NCBI GenBank assembly: GCA_965612865.1 | Contig: CBFDTJ010000022.1 | Location: 1-19,065, forward strand | DNA length: 19,065 bases | From: an uncultured bacterium | GTDB taxonomy: Bacteria > Caldisericota > Caldisericia > B22-G15 | Direction: 5' to 3' | In this document: piece by piece, positions 7,507-16,005 of the stretch | Layout: each line of letters begins with the position of its first letter | How positions within the stretch are numbered: the first letter of the stretch is position 1 | Position numbers and translations under genes: made by a program | The notes under the pieces: generated by a model | What the model saw: only the letters and a program-made list of their open reading frames with translations | The model's database searches: none | What the model was told of the DNA's origin: nothing

Positions 7507-8532
7507 GTGCCGTCTGAACTTATTAAGGCAATAGAGGAACTAGAAAAAACAAAAGGAATACCAAAGGAAAAAGTCCTCAAAGTTCTTGAGGACGCTATAA
7601 GTATTGCTTATAGAAAGAAATTTCCTGGTAGTGGAAATATACATGTTTATATAAATCCAGAGACAGGAGAGATAAAAATTTTTACAAAGATGCATGTTGT
7701 TGAAAAGGCTGAGAAGAAGGGAGAGATTTCTTTAAAAGATGCACAGAAAATTAAGAAAGATGTTAAGGTGGATGAAATAATTGATATGGAGATTCTTCCA
7801 GAGAAATTAGGTTTTGTAGCCATGCAGGTAGCAAAGCAAGTTTTAATACAGAAAATTGTTCATCTCGAGAGAGAGGTTTTATATGAGCAGTATAAAGACA
7901 AAAAGGGCACTGTAATTCCAGGAAAAGTATCCAGAATAATAGGAAGGACAATCTTTGTAAAGATAGATGATGTGGAAGGAAGAATACCCCCAAGCTTTGT
8001 AATTCCCAAAGAGAAGTATACAAAGGGTAAGGAATTAAAGGTTTATGTAGAAGATGTTATAAAAACCCCAAAAGGACCAGATATAATTCTATCCCGCACA
8101 TCTCCAGAACTACTGAAACTTCTCCTTGAGAAAGAAATACCAGAGATAATGGATGGGATAGTGGAAATCAAAGGAATCATAAGAGAGCCTGGTGAGAGGG
8201 CAAAAGTTGCAGTTCATTCCTACAAGCCAGATGTTGATCCTGTTGGTGCATGTATAGGAACTAAAGGTGTTAGAATAACAAGCATATCAAAAGAACTCTC
8301 GGGTGAGAAGATAGATATAGTGAGGTGGTCTGATGTTCCAGAGGAGTATATAAAATATGCTCTTTCTCCTGCAAAAGTAGAGAAAGTCCAGATAAAAGAT
8401 AAGAGAGCGATTGTTTATGTTTCCTCAGATCAAGTGCCTCTTGCCATTGGCAAAGAAGGTATAAATGTGAAGCTTGCCTCCAAACTCACAGGTTATATAC
8501 TGGAACTTAGATGTCTCGAAGAAAAATCTTAA
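7507..8532 (+). CDS. nusA: Transcription termination/antitermination factor NusA (N-terminal, S1, two KH domains; no acidic C-terminal repeats)
   Basis: REPGERAKVAV, VDPVGACIGTKGVR, GEKIDIV and LAIGKEGINVKLASKLTG motifs. Confidence 0.97.
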   Translation: MPSELIKAIEELEKTKGIPKEKVLKVLEDAISIAYRKKFPGSGNIHVYINPETGEIKIFTKMHVVEKAEKKGEISLKDAQKIKKDVKVDEIIDMEILPEKLGFVAMQVAKQVLIQKIVHLEREVLYEQYKDKKGTVIPGKVSRIIGRTIFVKIDDVEGRIPPSFVIPKEKYTKGKELKVYVEDVIKTPKGPDIILSRTSPELLKLLLEKEIPEIMDGIVEIKGIIREPGERAKVAVHSYKPDVDPVGACIGTKGVRITSISKELSGEKIDIVRWSDVPEEYIKYALSPAKVEKVQIKDKRAIVYVSSDQVPLAIGKEGINVKLASKLTGYILELRCLEEKS

Positions 8533-8813
8533 GAAGATGTGTTGTTTGTAGAAGAGTTGGTGATAGAGAAGAGTTTTTTAGAATAGTTAGAAAAAAAGAC
8601 GGAGAATTAGTGTTTGACCCAGGCTTTAGAGAGTTTGGGAGAAGTGCTTATATATGTAAAAGAAGGGAGTGTATAGAGAAGGTATTCAGGAAAAGAAAAC
8701 TGGAAAAATCCTTGAGAGTAGATTCTATTAACAAAGAGATTAAAGAGAAGTTGAAAAAAGAAATGTTAACTTATATAAAAGAGGTGAAGGATGAAAAAAC
8801 TAAGAGTATTTAG
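8511..8813 (+). CDS. ylxR: YlxR/DUF448 family RNA-binding protein
   Basis: RRCVVC...RIVR...GRSAYIC...C motif and the canonical position after nusA. Confidence 0.88.
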   Translation: MSRRKILRRCVVCRRVGDREEFFRIVRKKDGELVFDPGFREFGRSAYICKRRECIEKVFRKRKLEKSLRVDSINKEIKEKLKKEMLTYIKEVKDEKTKSI

Positions 8814-10674
8814 TGTAGCTAAAGAGATAGGTATATCGACTACAGAGCTTATAAAATATCTTGATGAACTTGGAGTAAAAGTAAAAGGAAATCTCTCCAC
8901 CATAGATGAAGAAACTGCAAATGTTGTAAAGGAATTGGTTCTTAAAGATAAGGAGGAGAGAGAAAGAAGAGAGAAGGAGAGGAAAGGGAAGATAAAATTA
9001 GAGGAACTCATTACTCATCTGAATATCCCTTTAAAAAGGCTTATTCCCTATGTGCTAAAGTGGGGGCTTGTTAGGACAAACAAATATGATGAAATACCGT
9101 TTCCTATTGCTGCAAGGATAGCGAACTCTTTTGGTAAACCGCTTACTGAAACACTCCCACCTCTTCCTAAAGAGTTCAAACCTAGACCACCTGTGGTTAC
9201 AGTTATGGGGCATATTGATCACGGTAAGACCACCCTTCTTGATGCAATAAGGAAAACAAACATTGCAGTGAGAGAAAAGGGAGGAATTACACAGAAGATA
9301 GGAGCCTCCGAAGTCGTTCATAATGGAAAGAAAATTATTTTTATTGATACACCAGGACACGAGGCTTTCACTGAAATGAGGATAAGAGGGGCGATTGTTA
9401 CAGATATAGTTGTTCTTGTGGTAGCAGCAGACGAAGGAGTAAAAGAACAGACGGTGGAGGCAATAAATCATGCCAAGGAAGCAAAGGTACCAATAATTGT
9501 TGCCATAAATAAGATTGATAAAGAGGGAGCTGACCCTGAGAGGGTTAAAAAGCAGCTCTCCAATTATGATCTATTACCTGAGGAATGGGGAGGAGAAACG
9601 CTTTATGTAAATACATCTGCCAAGAATGGAATTGGATTGGATGATCTTTTAGAACATATAGTGCTTGTAGCGGAGCTAGAAGAACTTTCAAAATCTAATG
9701 AAAAGAGAGCAGGCGGAACAATAATTGAGGCAAGACTTGACCCAAAGATTGGACCAACTGCAAGTTTTATTCTTCAAGCAGGTGAACTTAAGGTGGGAGA
9801 CTGGGTTATGGCAGGAGATACATACGGAAAAATAAGGATGATGACTACTCCAAGTGTGAAACAGGCAAAGATTGTAGAATCTGTAAGTGCCGTTGAAATA
9901 ATGGGACTCAAGAATACTCCAGTACCAGGTGATCTCATAATTCAATATGATTCAGAGAAGATAAAAAAAGAGAAGAAAGAAAAGATTGAGGAAGAGAAAA
10001 AGGAAGTTAAAAAGGAACAAAAGAGACCAATATCCATTGAGGAACTTTTTGAGAAACTTGAGGAAGAGAAAAAACTCAAGATTATATTGAAGGCAGATAC
10101 ATTTGGCTCTCTTGAAGCAGTAAAATCTGTTATTGAGTCTATAGATTCTGGTGAAATAAAGGTGGAAATAATTCATACTGGTGTTGGAAGAATTAATGAA
10201 TCTGATGTTCTTCTTGCTGTTGCATCAGGTGCTATAATACTTGGATTTAGTACCAAGGAAGGACCTGGAGTAAAGAAAATGCCAGAAAGGGGAAGAGTAA
10301 AAATATTCCTCTTTGACCTGATATATGATTTGCAGGAGTGGCTTATAAAGTTTATAAAAGGAATGATAAAACCAGAGCTTGTGGAAATAATTGTGGGCAA
10401 GGCAGAGGTAAAGAGAATATTTAAGATAAAGGGACTTGGACTTGTCGCTGGTTGCATAGTAAGAGAGGGAAAGATTGTAAGAGATATGAATGCTAGAGTT
10501 TTAAGGAACGGAGAACTTGTTGGAGAAGGTAAAATTTCGTCTCTCAAGAGATTTAAAGAAGATGTTAAAGAAGTGAACGAAGGATATGAATGTGGATTGA
10601 GAGTAGAAGGAGTTAAGGATATATCAGAAGGCGACATAGTAGAAGTTTTTGAAATAAAAGAAAAAGGTTCCTGA
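8791..10674 (+). CDS. infB: Translation initiation factor IF-2 (compact, 627 aa)
   Basis: IF2_N domain ([10 protein letters not shown]), [28 protein letters not shown], and C-terminal [13 protein letters not shown]...GYECG. GAGGTG SD. Confidence 0.97.
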   Translation: MKKLRVFSVAKEIGISTTELIKYLDELGVKVKGNLSTIDEETANVVKELVLKDKEERERREKERKGKIKLEELITHLNIPLKRLIPYVLKWGLVRTNKYDEIPFPIAARIANSFGKPLTETLPPLPKEFKPRPPVVTVMGHIDHGKTTLLDAIRKTNIAVREKGGITQKIGASEVVHNGKKIIFIDTPGHEAFTEMRIRGAIVTDIVVLVVAADEGVKEQTVEAINHAKEAKVPIIVAINKIDKEGADPERVKKQLSNYDLLPEEWGGETLYVNTSAKNGIGLDDLLEHIVLVAELEELSKSNEKRAGGTIIEARLDPKIGPTASFILQAGELKVGDWVMAGDTYGKIRMMTTPSVKQAKIVESVSAVEIMGLKNTPVPGDLIIQYDSEKIKKEKKEKIEEEKKEVKKEQKRPISIEELFEKLEEEKKLKIILKADTFGSLEAVKSVIESIDSGEIKVEIIHTGVGRINESDVLLAVASGAIILGFSTKEGPGVKKMPERGRVKIFLFDLIYDLQEWLIKFIKGMIKPELVEIIVGKAEVKRIFKIKGLGLVAGCIVREGKIVRDMNARVLRNGELVGEGKISSLKRFKEDVKEVNEGYECGLRVEGVKDISEGDIVEVFEIKEKGS

Positions 10675-10675
10675 G

Positions 10676-10972
10676 ATGTTTTTCACCGTTGTAGAATTTG
10701 AGCTTGGAATTCCTGGGTCTAAAACACTAAAGGATAAAAGGAAAGTTGTTCTATCTGTAATTACAAGGTTGAAAAGCAGATACAATATAGCCATTGCTGA
10801 AGAAAGAAAGGATGAAAGGGCAGAAAGGGCAAGGTTCTACTTTGTTACTTTAAATTCAAGTGAGAGAGAACTGGATTCTACTCTTTCAAAGATAGAAGAT
10901 TACCTTTCCAATTTACCCAATGCTGTGCTTCTCTCATATCAAAGGGAAAGTATGCTAATAGAGGAGTTTTAA
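10676..10972 (+). CDS. DUF503 (YlxP-like) protein
   Basis: IPGSKTLKDKRKVV...RLKSRYNIAIAE motif, directly downstream of infB as in Bacillus. Confidence 0.85.
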   Translation: MFFTVVEFELGIPGSKTLKDKRKVVLSVITRLKSRYNIAIAEERKDERAERARFYFVTLNSSERELDSTLSKIEDYLSNLPNAVLLSYQRESMLIEEF

Positions 10973-10973
10973 T

Positions 10974-11645
10974 ATGAAAGAGACAAAGTATAAGAGATTT
11001 GAACAAGTGAAGAATCATCCCAAAGTAAAAACATTTATAGCTATGGCGGACAAGTATCTTGAATCTCTCGGTTATACTGAGCACGGATTCAGACATACAT
11101 CTCTTGTTTCAGAGATTGCAGAGAACATTCTTGAGAGACTGGGATATTCTGAGAGAGAAATAGAACTTGCAAAGATTGCAGCATATCTTCACGATATAGG
11201 GAACTTTCTGGGGAGAGACACGCATACAGTAAGTGGGGCTTTAATAGCCATGGATATTTTAAAAGATCTTGGTTTCCCTCCAGAGGACATAGGAGAGGTT
11301 ATTGAAGCTATAGCAAACCATGATGAGAAAACAGGCTTCGTTGCGACACCTATTACCGCTGCAGTTGTTCTTGCTGATAAATCTGATGCTCATAGATCAA
11401 GAGTGAGAGCTAAACCCGAAAATTTTGATATTCATGATAGAGTAAACTATGCTGTGGAAAAATCATTCCTTAGAGTTGATGAAAAAAATAAAGAGATAAC
11501 ACTTGAATTAACGATAGATACTGAAATCTCAAAGCCAATGGAGTACTTTGAGATATTTCTCTCAAGAATGCTCCTTTGCAGACAGGCTGCAAAGGTTTTA
11601 GGTTGTGAGTTTCATCTTGAAATAAACAAAAATAAACTTCTTTAG
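10974..11645 (+). CDS. HD-domain metal-dependent phosphohydrolase
   Basis: H...HD...D metal ligands: EHGFRH, AAYLHDIG, IANHD, LADKSD. GAGGAG SD lies inside the DUF503 gene; 1-nt gap. Confidence 0.88.
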   Translation: MKETKYKRFEQVKNHPKVKTFIAMADKYLESLGYTEHGFRHTSLVSEIAENILERLGYSEREIELAKIAAYLHDIGNFLGRDTHTVSGALIAMDILKDLGFPPEDIGEVIEAIANHDEKTGFVATPITAAVVLADKSDAHRSRVRAKPENFDIHDRVNYAVEKSFLRVDEKNKEITLELTIDTEISKPMEYFEIFLSRMLLCRQAAKVLGCEFHLEINKNKLL

Positions 11646-12664
11646 TAATATCCGGTTATTTCAACATACGCAATTCCTTCTACATCTTTTTCTTTTATTT
11701 TTCCCTTTACCTTGCATATTCCTTCATAATAATCTGGAGTTATTATAGAGTTGACTTCCTGATTTTTCACCATTGCCTCAATAACAAAATTAATTTCTTC
11801 CTCCTCAATGCTTAGTTCCCATATCTCTGGATATCGCTTTTTACCAGACAGGAAGTCCTTATCAAGCACTTTGAAATCAAACTTATCAAATTTTTTAATA
11901 AAATCTCCCTTTGTAAGGCTTGCATATTGGATTACCAGTTTTTTTCTCTTTGCATCCCACAGATTAAAAGCCATAAGATATGTTTTATCAGTTAGTCTGA
12001 TACTAAACCAGTCCCATGCTGGCTCTACTTTAAAATTTCCCCACTGATGATCATGCCAGGTTTCTCCTTTTACCTTGAAGAGTCTACCTTTTCTTTTTAT
12101 ATACCCCTCTGTCTCCATGGAGGGATAGGTATAGTAATAAGAATATCCGGCATTTCCTAATTTTATCAGCCCCCTGTCTCCATGAAGGACCATTTTTGAA
12201 GTGGGTTTCATATATAAATCTAACGAGATCTCTTTTGAAACCACATATATATGATATACGCTTCCGTCACTTTCCAGTATCCATGCCCCATTTCTTAACA
12301 GGAGCTCCTTTTTCTCCCACATAAGAATTGACTGCCTGATTCTTTCAGAGTAAAAAAATTTATTCTCCTCCACGTCTGTAATTGCAAAGTGACTTATGCA
12401 TGTATTAAGAGAAGGGTTAATCAGTATAAAATTTTTTGGAGGAACATTTACTTTAAAGAACGTTACCTCAAAACCAAATCTTTTATTTAAAAAACCAGTG
12501 AAATACCACCATTCAATCACATGTTTATTGTGAGGAAGAAAATCATCCTCTGTTACAGGTTCCACTTCCATTTTTTGAAATAATGGTGTGGAGATAATTC
12601 TGTTATAAATTCCATGTGCAGTTTTTTTGAGACTCTTAAATATCTTTGTATCTTTAAAACTCAA
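11642..12664 (-). CDS. AttH/CrtC-like (lipocalin-like, carotenoid 1,2-hydratase family) protein, no obvious signal peptide
   Basis: EWWYFTG, YSYYYTYP, GETWHDHQWG, WDWFSIRL, YYEG and GIAYVEITGY motifs. TTG start with GGAGG SD, overlapping the end of the MBL gene. Confidence 0.8.
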   Translation of the reverse strand: MSFKDTKIFKSLKKTAHGIYNRIISTPLFQKMEVEPVTEDDFLPHNKHVIEWWYFTGFLNKRFGFEVTFFKVNVPPKNFILINPSLNTCISHFAITDVEENKFFYSERIRQSILMWEKKELLLRNGAWILESDGSVYHIYVVSKEISLDLYMKPTSKMVLHGDRGLIKLGNAGYSYYYTYPSMETEGYIKRKGRLFKVKGETWHDHQWGNFKVEPAWDWFSIRLTDKTYLMAFNLWDAKRKKLVIQYASLTKGDFIKKFDKFDFKVLDKDFLSGKKRYPEIWELSIEEEEINFVIEAMVKNQEVNSIITPDYYEGICKVKGKIKEKDVEGIAYVEITGYY

Positions 12665-13349
12665 TTCTTGTTCCTCCTTTCCCTCCTTTATAGATTCCTT
12701 TTAGTTCTTTACTGAAAAATTCCCTTGCAGATTTTCCTGTGCAGTGAATTGGATAGATTTCCTTTACTCCCATTTTAACAAAGATCTCTTTTATTCTTTT
12801 GAATCTCTCCAAAGTTTCTGTATAAAGGTGAAAGCCTCCAATAATACCAAATATCCCTATACCCATTTTTTGGATAATCTCTACAAGCATATTCTCTATT
12901 TTTGGATGGGAACATCCAACAACAAGAAAATTCTTTCCGTTACTTTCAGCTATCAGGGATTGTTCAGGGATGGGACCTTCAAATTTATACAATGTGAAGT
13001 TGGGATGTATTTTCAGAGTACCTTTAACATATATTGGTTTTAAACCATATCCTTCTACTGCCTTTGTCATACCTTTTTCAGGTATATAAACTGGGATTCT
13101 ATCTGTTATGTTCCCTATATATGGAAATCCACCTGTGTGGTCATAGTGGTTGTGAGAAAAGACAAGAGTATCAATTTTTGAGAGGTCTATATCTAATTTT
13201 TCTGCGTTTTTAATCAGAACTTCTGGGTTATCCCCTGTATCAAAGAGGAGTTTAAAATCATTTCTCTCTATGTATATGGAGAGACCCCAGGAAGCTATAA
13301 GTCCATCCCCCTTCTCATTGTCTACTAAGACTACCATCTTTGTTTTCAT
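12654..13349 (-). CDS. MBL-fold metallo-hydrolase (COG1237-like)
   Basis: LVDN, WGLSIYIE, LLFDTG, SHNHYDHTGG (HxHxDH), GCSHP, GGFHL and PIHCTG motifs. Confidence 0.9.
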   Translation of the reverse strand: MKTKMVVLVDNEKGDGLIASWGLSIYIERNDFKLLFDTGDNPEVLIKNAEKLDIDLSKIDTLVFSHNHYDHTGGFPYIGNITDRIPVYIPEKGMTKAVEGYGLKPIYVKGTLKIHPNFTLYKFEGPIPEQSLIAESNGKNFLVVGCSHPKIENMLVEIIQKMGIGIFGIIGGFHLYTETLERFKRIKEIFVKMGVKEIYPIHCTGKSAREFFSKELKGIYKGGKGGTRIEF

Positions 13350-13698
13350 TCCTTTTCTCCTTTCCCTTTCTTATTTTATCACAGGCATATAACCTGCATG
13401 CAAGGGGCCTTCTCTTCCATATAGAACATAGATTGAATTTTGTAAGATACATACAGCTGCCATCAGGTTTTCTCTTCAAAACCCAGCCAGACCTCATTCT
13501 TCCAGTTTTAGGATCAAGCCATCTTTTAAATTCCATTTCATATGCACCGCTTCTTACTTCTTCTTCTGTTAATGGAACAAAATTCTCCTTACAGCACGGT
13601 GCGTCGCAGAAAAAACAGATATCTGATGTTACTGTTTCTTTTAGTTTTTCTCTGTGTTCCTCTCTATAATAAACTTTAAATTCTCTCATTTCTCTCAT
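13315..13698 (-). CDS. YkgJ family cysteine-cluster protein (CxxCxxCC-type, putative Zn/Fe-S)
   Basis: CFFCDAPCC...GSCMYL...LCSIWKRRPLACRLYAC, eight Cys. Alternative in-frame ATG at 13689. Confidence 0.85.
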   Translation of the reverse strand: MREMREFKVYYREEHREKLKETVTSDICFFCDAPCCKENFVPLTEEEVRSGAYEMEFKRWLDPKTGRMRSGWVLKRKPDGSCMYLTKFNLCSIWKRRPLACRLYACDKIRKGKEKRNENKDGSLSRQ

Positions 13699-13712
13699 AT
13701 AATAATTATAAT
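13698..13712. promoter_or_regulatory. Candidate bidirectional promoter: overlapping TATAAT boxes between divergent ATGs
   Basis: Sequence CAT-ATAATAATTATAAT-ATG. Plus-strand TATAAT at 13698-13703 and 13707-13712; minus-strand TATAAT at 13710-13705; palindrome ATTATAAT at 13705-13712. Confidence 0.5.
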
Positions 13713-14747
13713 ATGATCGATTTTAAAAGAGTTTCAACAAACTTTGAAAAAGAAATTAAAAATATCGGAAAGAATAAAAAAATAGTTATTTTTTCTCATG
13801 TAGATGCTGATGGAGTGAGTGCAGGTGTTCTTGTGTATAAAACACTCAAGGAAAACGGTTTTAATGTAACAGATTTGTTGTATCCAGAAAAAGGAGAGAA
13901 CGGTTTTTCAGATTCAGCTATAAGTAGAGTGCTTGAGAAAAAGCCAGATGTGGTTTTTATTGTAGATCTTGGCTCTTATAAGAGAAATTTTGAAGGTGTG
14001 GAGAAGGTGATAATTATTGACCACCATAAACCAGAAGGTGTGGTTGAGAATGGAGTTCTGTTTACTTCCTTTCCACCACCACCATACATTTCCGCAGCTT
14101 ACCTCTCCTTTCTTTTATTTAACAATATTGATTTTTCTCCCAAAGATTTTTTAGGAGCCATAGGGGAAGCAGGGGATTTTGGTACAGGGGTTAAAGACGT
14201 ACCTCTGTATGATGAAATTCTTAAAAAGTATAAGAAGAAGTGGGTAAGTTATGTTGCATCTCTTGTTAATGCTGCAAGGAGGATTCCTGAATTTAATATT
14301 AAAACATCTACAAAATATCTCATGAATGCCAATAAGTTTTCTGACCTTTTAATTGAAACAGAAGAAAAGAACTTACTTGAAACGTATAGAAAAAGAGTAA
14401 AAGAAGAGGTAGATAAGTGGAAAAGGATAAGACCGAAGTTTTCTCAGTCCCTTGCTTTGATAGAGATTAATTCTAAATATCTTATACATCCAATAATTGC
14501 TCAGATATGGAGAAATGTGCTTAAGAACTATATAGTTGTATGTGCAAATTATGGTTATATTGATGGAAGAGTTGCCTTTTCCATGAGAACCAGTCTTTCC
14601 ACATCTGTTCTTTCCTTCTTAAGAAAATATACAGAGCCCAGTCTTGATGAAGATCTTGGTTTTGGTCATGAAAGAGCAACTGGCGGTATAGTTACTGTTG
14701 ACAAGTGGAAAGACATGCTTTCTCTATGGGGTTTTAAGGATTCTTAA
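13713..14747 (+). CDS. DHH family phosphoesterase with a DHHA1-like C-terminal domain
   Basis: Motif I SHVDADG, motif II VDLG, motif III IIDHH, motif IV AIGEAGD, and C-terminal FSMR and GFGHERATGG (GGGH-like). Confidence 0.85.
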   Translation: MIDFKRVSTNFEKEIKNIGKNKKIVIFSHVDADGVSAGVLVYKTLKENGFNVTDLLYPEKGENGFSDSAISRVLEKKPDVVFIVDLGSYKRNFEGVEKVIIIDHHKPEGVVENGVLFTSFPPPPYISAAYLSFLLFNNIDFSPKDFLGAIGEAGDFGTGVKDVPLYDEILKKYKKKWVSYVASLVNAARRIPEFNIKTSTKYLMNANKFSDLLIETEEKNLLETYRKRVKEEVDKWKRIRPKFSQSLALIEINSKYLIHPIIAQIWRNVLKNYIVVCANYGYIDGRVAFSMRTSLSTSVLSFLRKYTEPSLDEDLGFGHERATGGIVTVDKWKDMLSLWGFKDS

Positions 14748-14778
14748 GTAGTGATAATATAGATACAAGGAGGTTTTT

Positions 14779-15960
14779 ATGGATAGGAAGATTAAATTTT
14801 CTACAAAGTGCATTCATTCAGGTGAGTATATTGATAAGGAGACAGGAGCTGTTAATACACCAATATTTCAAAGTTCAACCTTCCTTTTAAGCGATGAGGA
14901 TTATAAGAAGATTCTTGATGGAAAGGCCAGAGAGACATGGATATATTCAAGATATGGTAATCCTACAAGAAGGGCTGTGGAAGAAAAAATTAGAGAATTG
15001 TGTAATGGCGAGGATGCCATTCTTTTCTCTTCGGGGATGGCAGCTATCTCCACAACACTTCTTACATTTCTTGAAGCAGGTGATGAAATAATAACTACGC
15101 TGGATCTTTATGGGGGAACCCAATCTTTTATAAAGAACGAACTCCCTAAATTTGGAATAGTTGTAAAGTATGTGGATCAAACAAAACCTGAAGAGATAAA
15201 AAGGGTAGCTACCGAGAAAACAAAATTGTTGTACTTTGAGACACTATCAAATCCTCTTTTAAAAATTCTCGATGTGGACGAAGTTGTAAAAATAGGTGAA
15301 GAACTTGGGGTACCAGTTGTTGTGGATAACACCTTTTTAACTCCCTATAACCTAACGCCACTGGATAGAGGTGTTGATATAGAGATACATTCTGTGACCA
15401 AGTATTTGAACGGCCATAGTGATGTTGTAGGTGGAGTAGTAGTTGGGAGTAAGAATTACATGGATATGATCTGGGAGAGAATGATAAGGTATGGTGGCTC
15501 AATGGATCCAGTTTCCTCATTTCTTCTTGAGAGGGGACTTAAAACCCTTTCTTTAAGGATGGAAAGACATAATGTAAACGCCTTAAGAATTGCAACGTTT
15601 CTTTCAACGCATGAAAAGGTAAGAAATGTAATATACCCGACCCTTGATAATTACCCCTATGTGCTTTCCAGTGTAAAATACCTTACAAAGGGTGGCGGAG
15701 GCATGGTTAGCTTTGAAATAAAAGGGGATGATGAGGATGGACTTAAGTTTATGAGAAATCTTAAAATTATAAAAGAGGCAACCAGCCTTGGTGGAGTAGA
15801 GAGTCTTGTAAGTATGCCTTTTAACACATCTCATGCCTCGCTTACCAAAGAGGAGAGAGAAAAGATAGGAGTTGGACCAGGTTTTATAAGATTATCAGTG
15901 GGTATAGAAGATGTAGATGATCTTATATGGGACCTTGATCAGGCATTAAAGAATATTTAA
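14779..15960 (+). CDS. PLP-dependent trans-sulfuration enzyme (cystathionine gamma-synthase/lyase, methionine gamma-lyase family)
   Basis: TPIFQSSTF, YSRYGNPT, FSSGMAAI, VVDNTF, PLP lysine motif HSVTKYLNGHSDV, SLGGVESL and IRLSVGIED. AAGGAGG SD. Confidence 0.92.
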   Translation: MDRKIKFSTKCIHSGEYIDKETGAVNTPIFQSSTFLLSDEDYKKILDGKARETWIYSRYGNPTRRAVEEKIRELCNGEDAILFSSGMAAISTTLLTFLEAGDEIITTLDLYGGTQSFIKNELPKFGIVVKYVDQTKPEEIKRVATEKTKLLYFETLSNPLLKILDVDEVVKIGEELGVPVVVDNTFLTPYNLTPLDRGVDIEIHSVTKYLNGHSDVVGGVVVGSKNYMDMIWERMIRYGGSMDPVSSFLLERGLKTLSLRMERHNVNALRIATFLSTHEKVRNVIYPTLDNYPYVLSSVKYLTKGGGGMVSFEIKGDDEDGLKFMRNLKIIKEATSLGGVESLVSMPFNTSHASLTKEEREKIGVGPGFIRLSVGIEDVDDLIWDLDQALKNI

Positions 15961-16005
15961 ATGAACATTTAAACCCTGGTTTCCTCAAAATTAAAAGGAG
16001 GTTCT

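Noticed and set aside
9955..10080. Purine-rich low-complexity stretch resembling a repeat
   Set aside because: It encodes the Lys/Glu-rich helical linker of IF-2 and is not a DNA repeat element.
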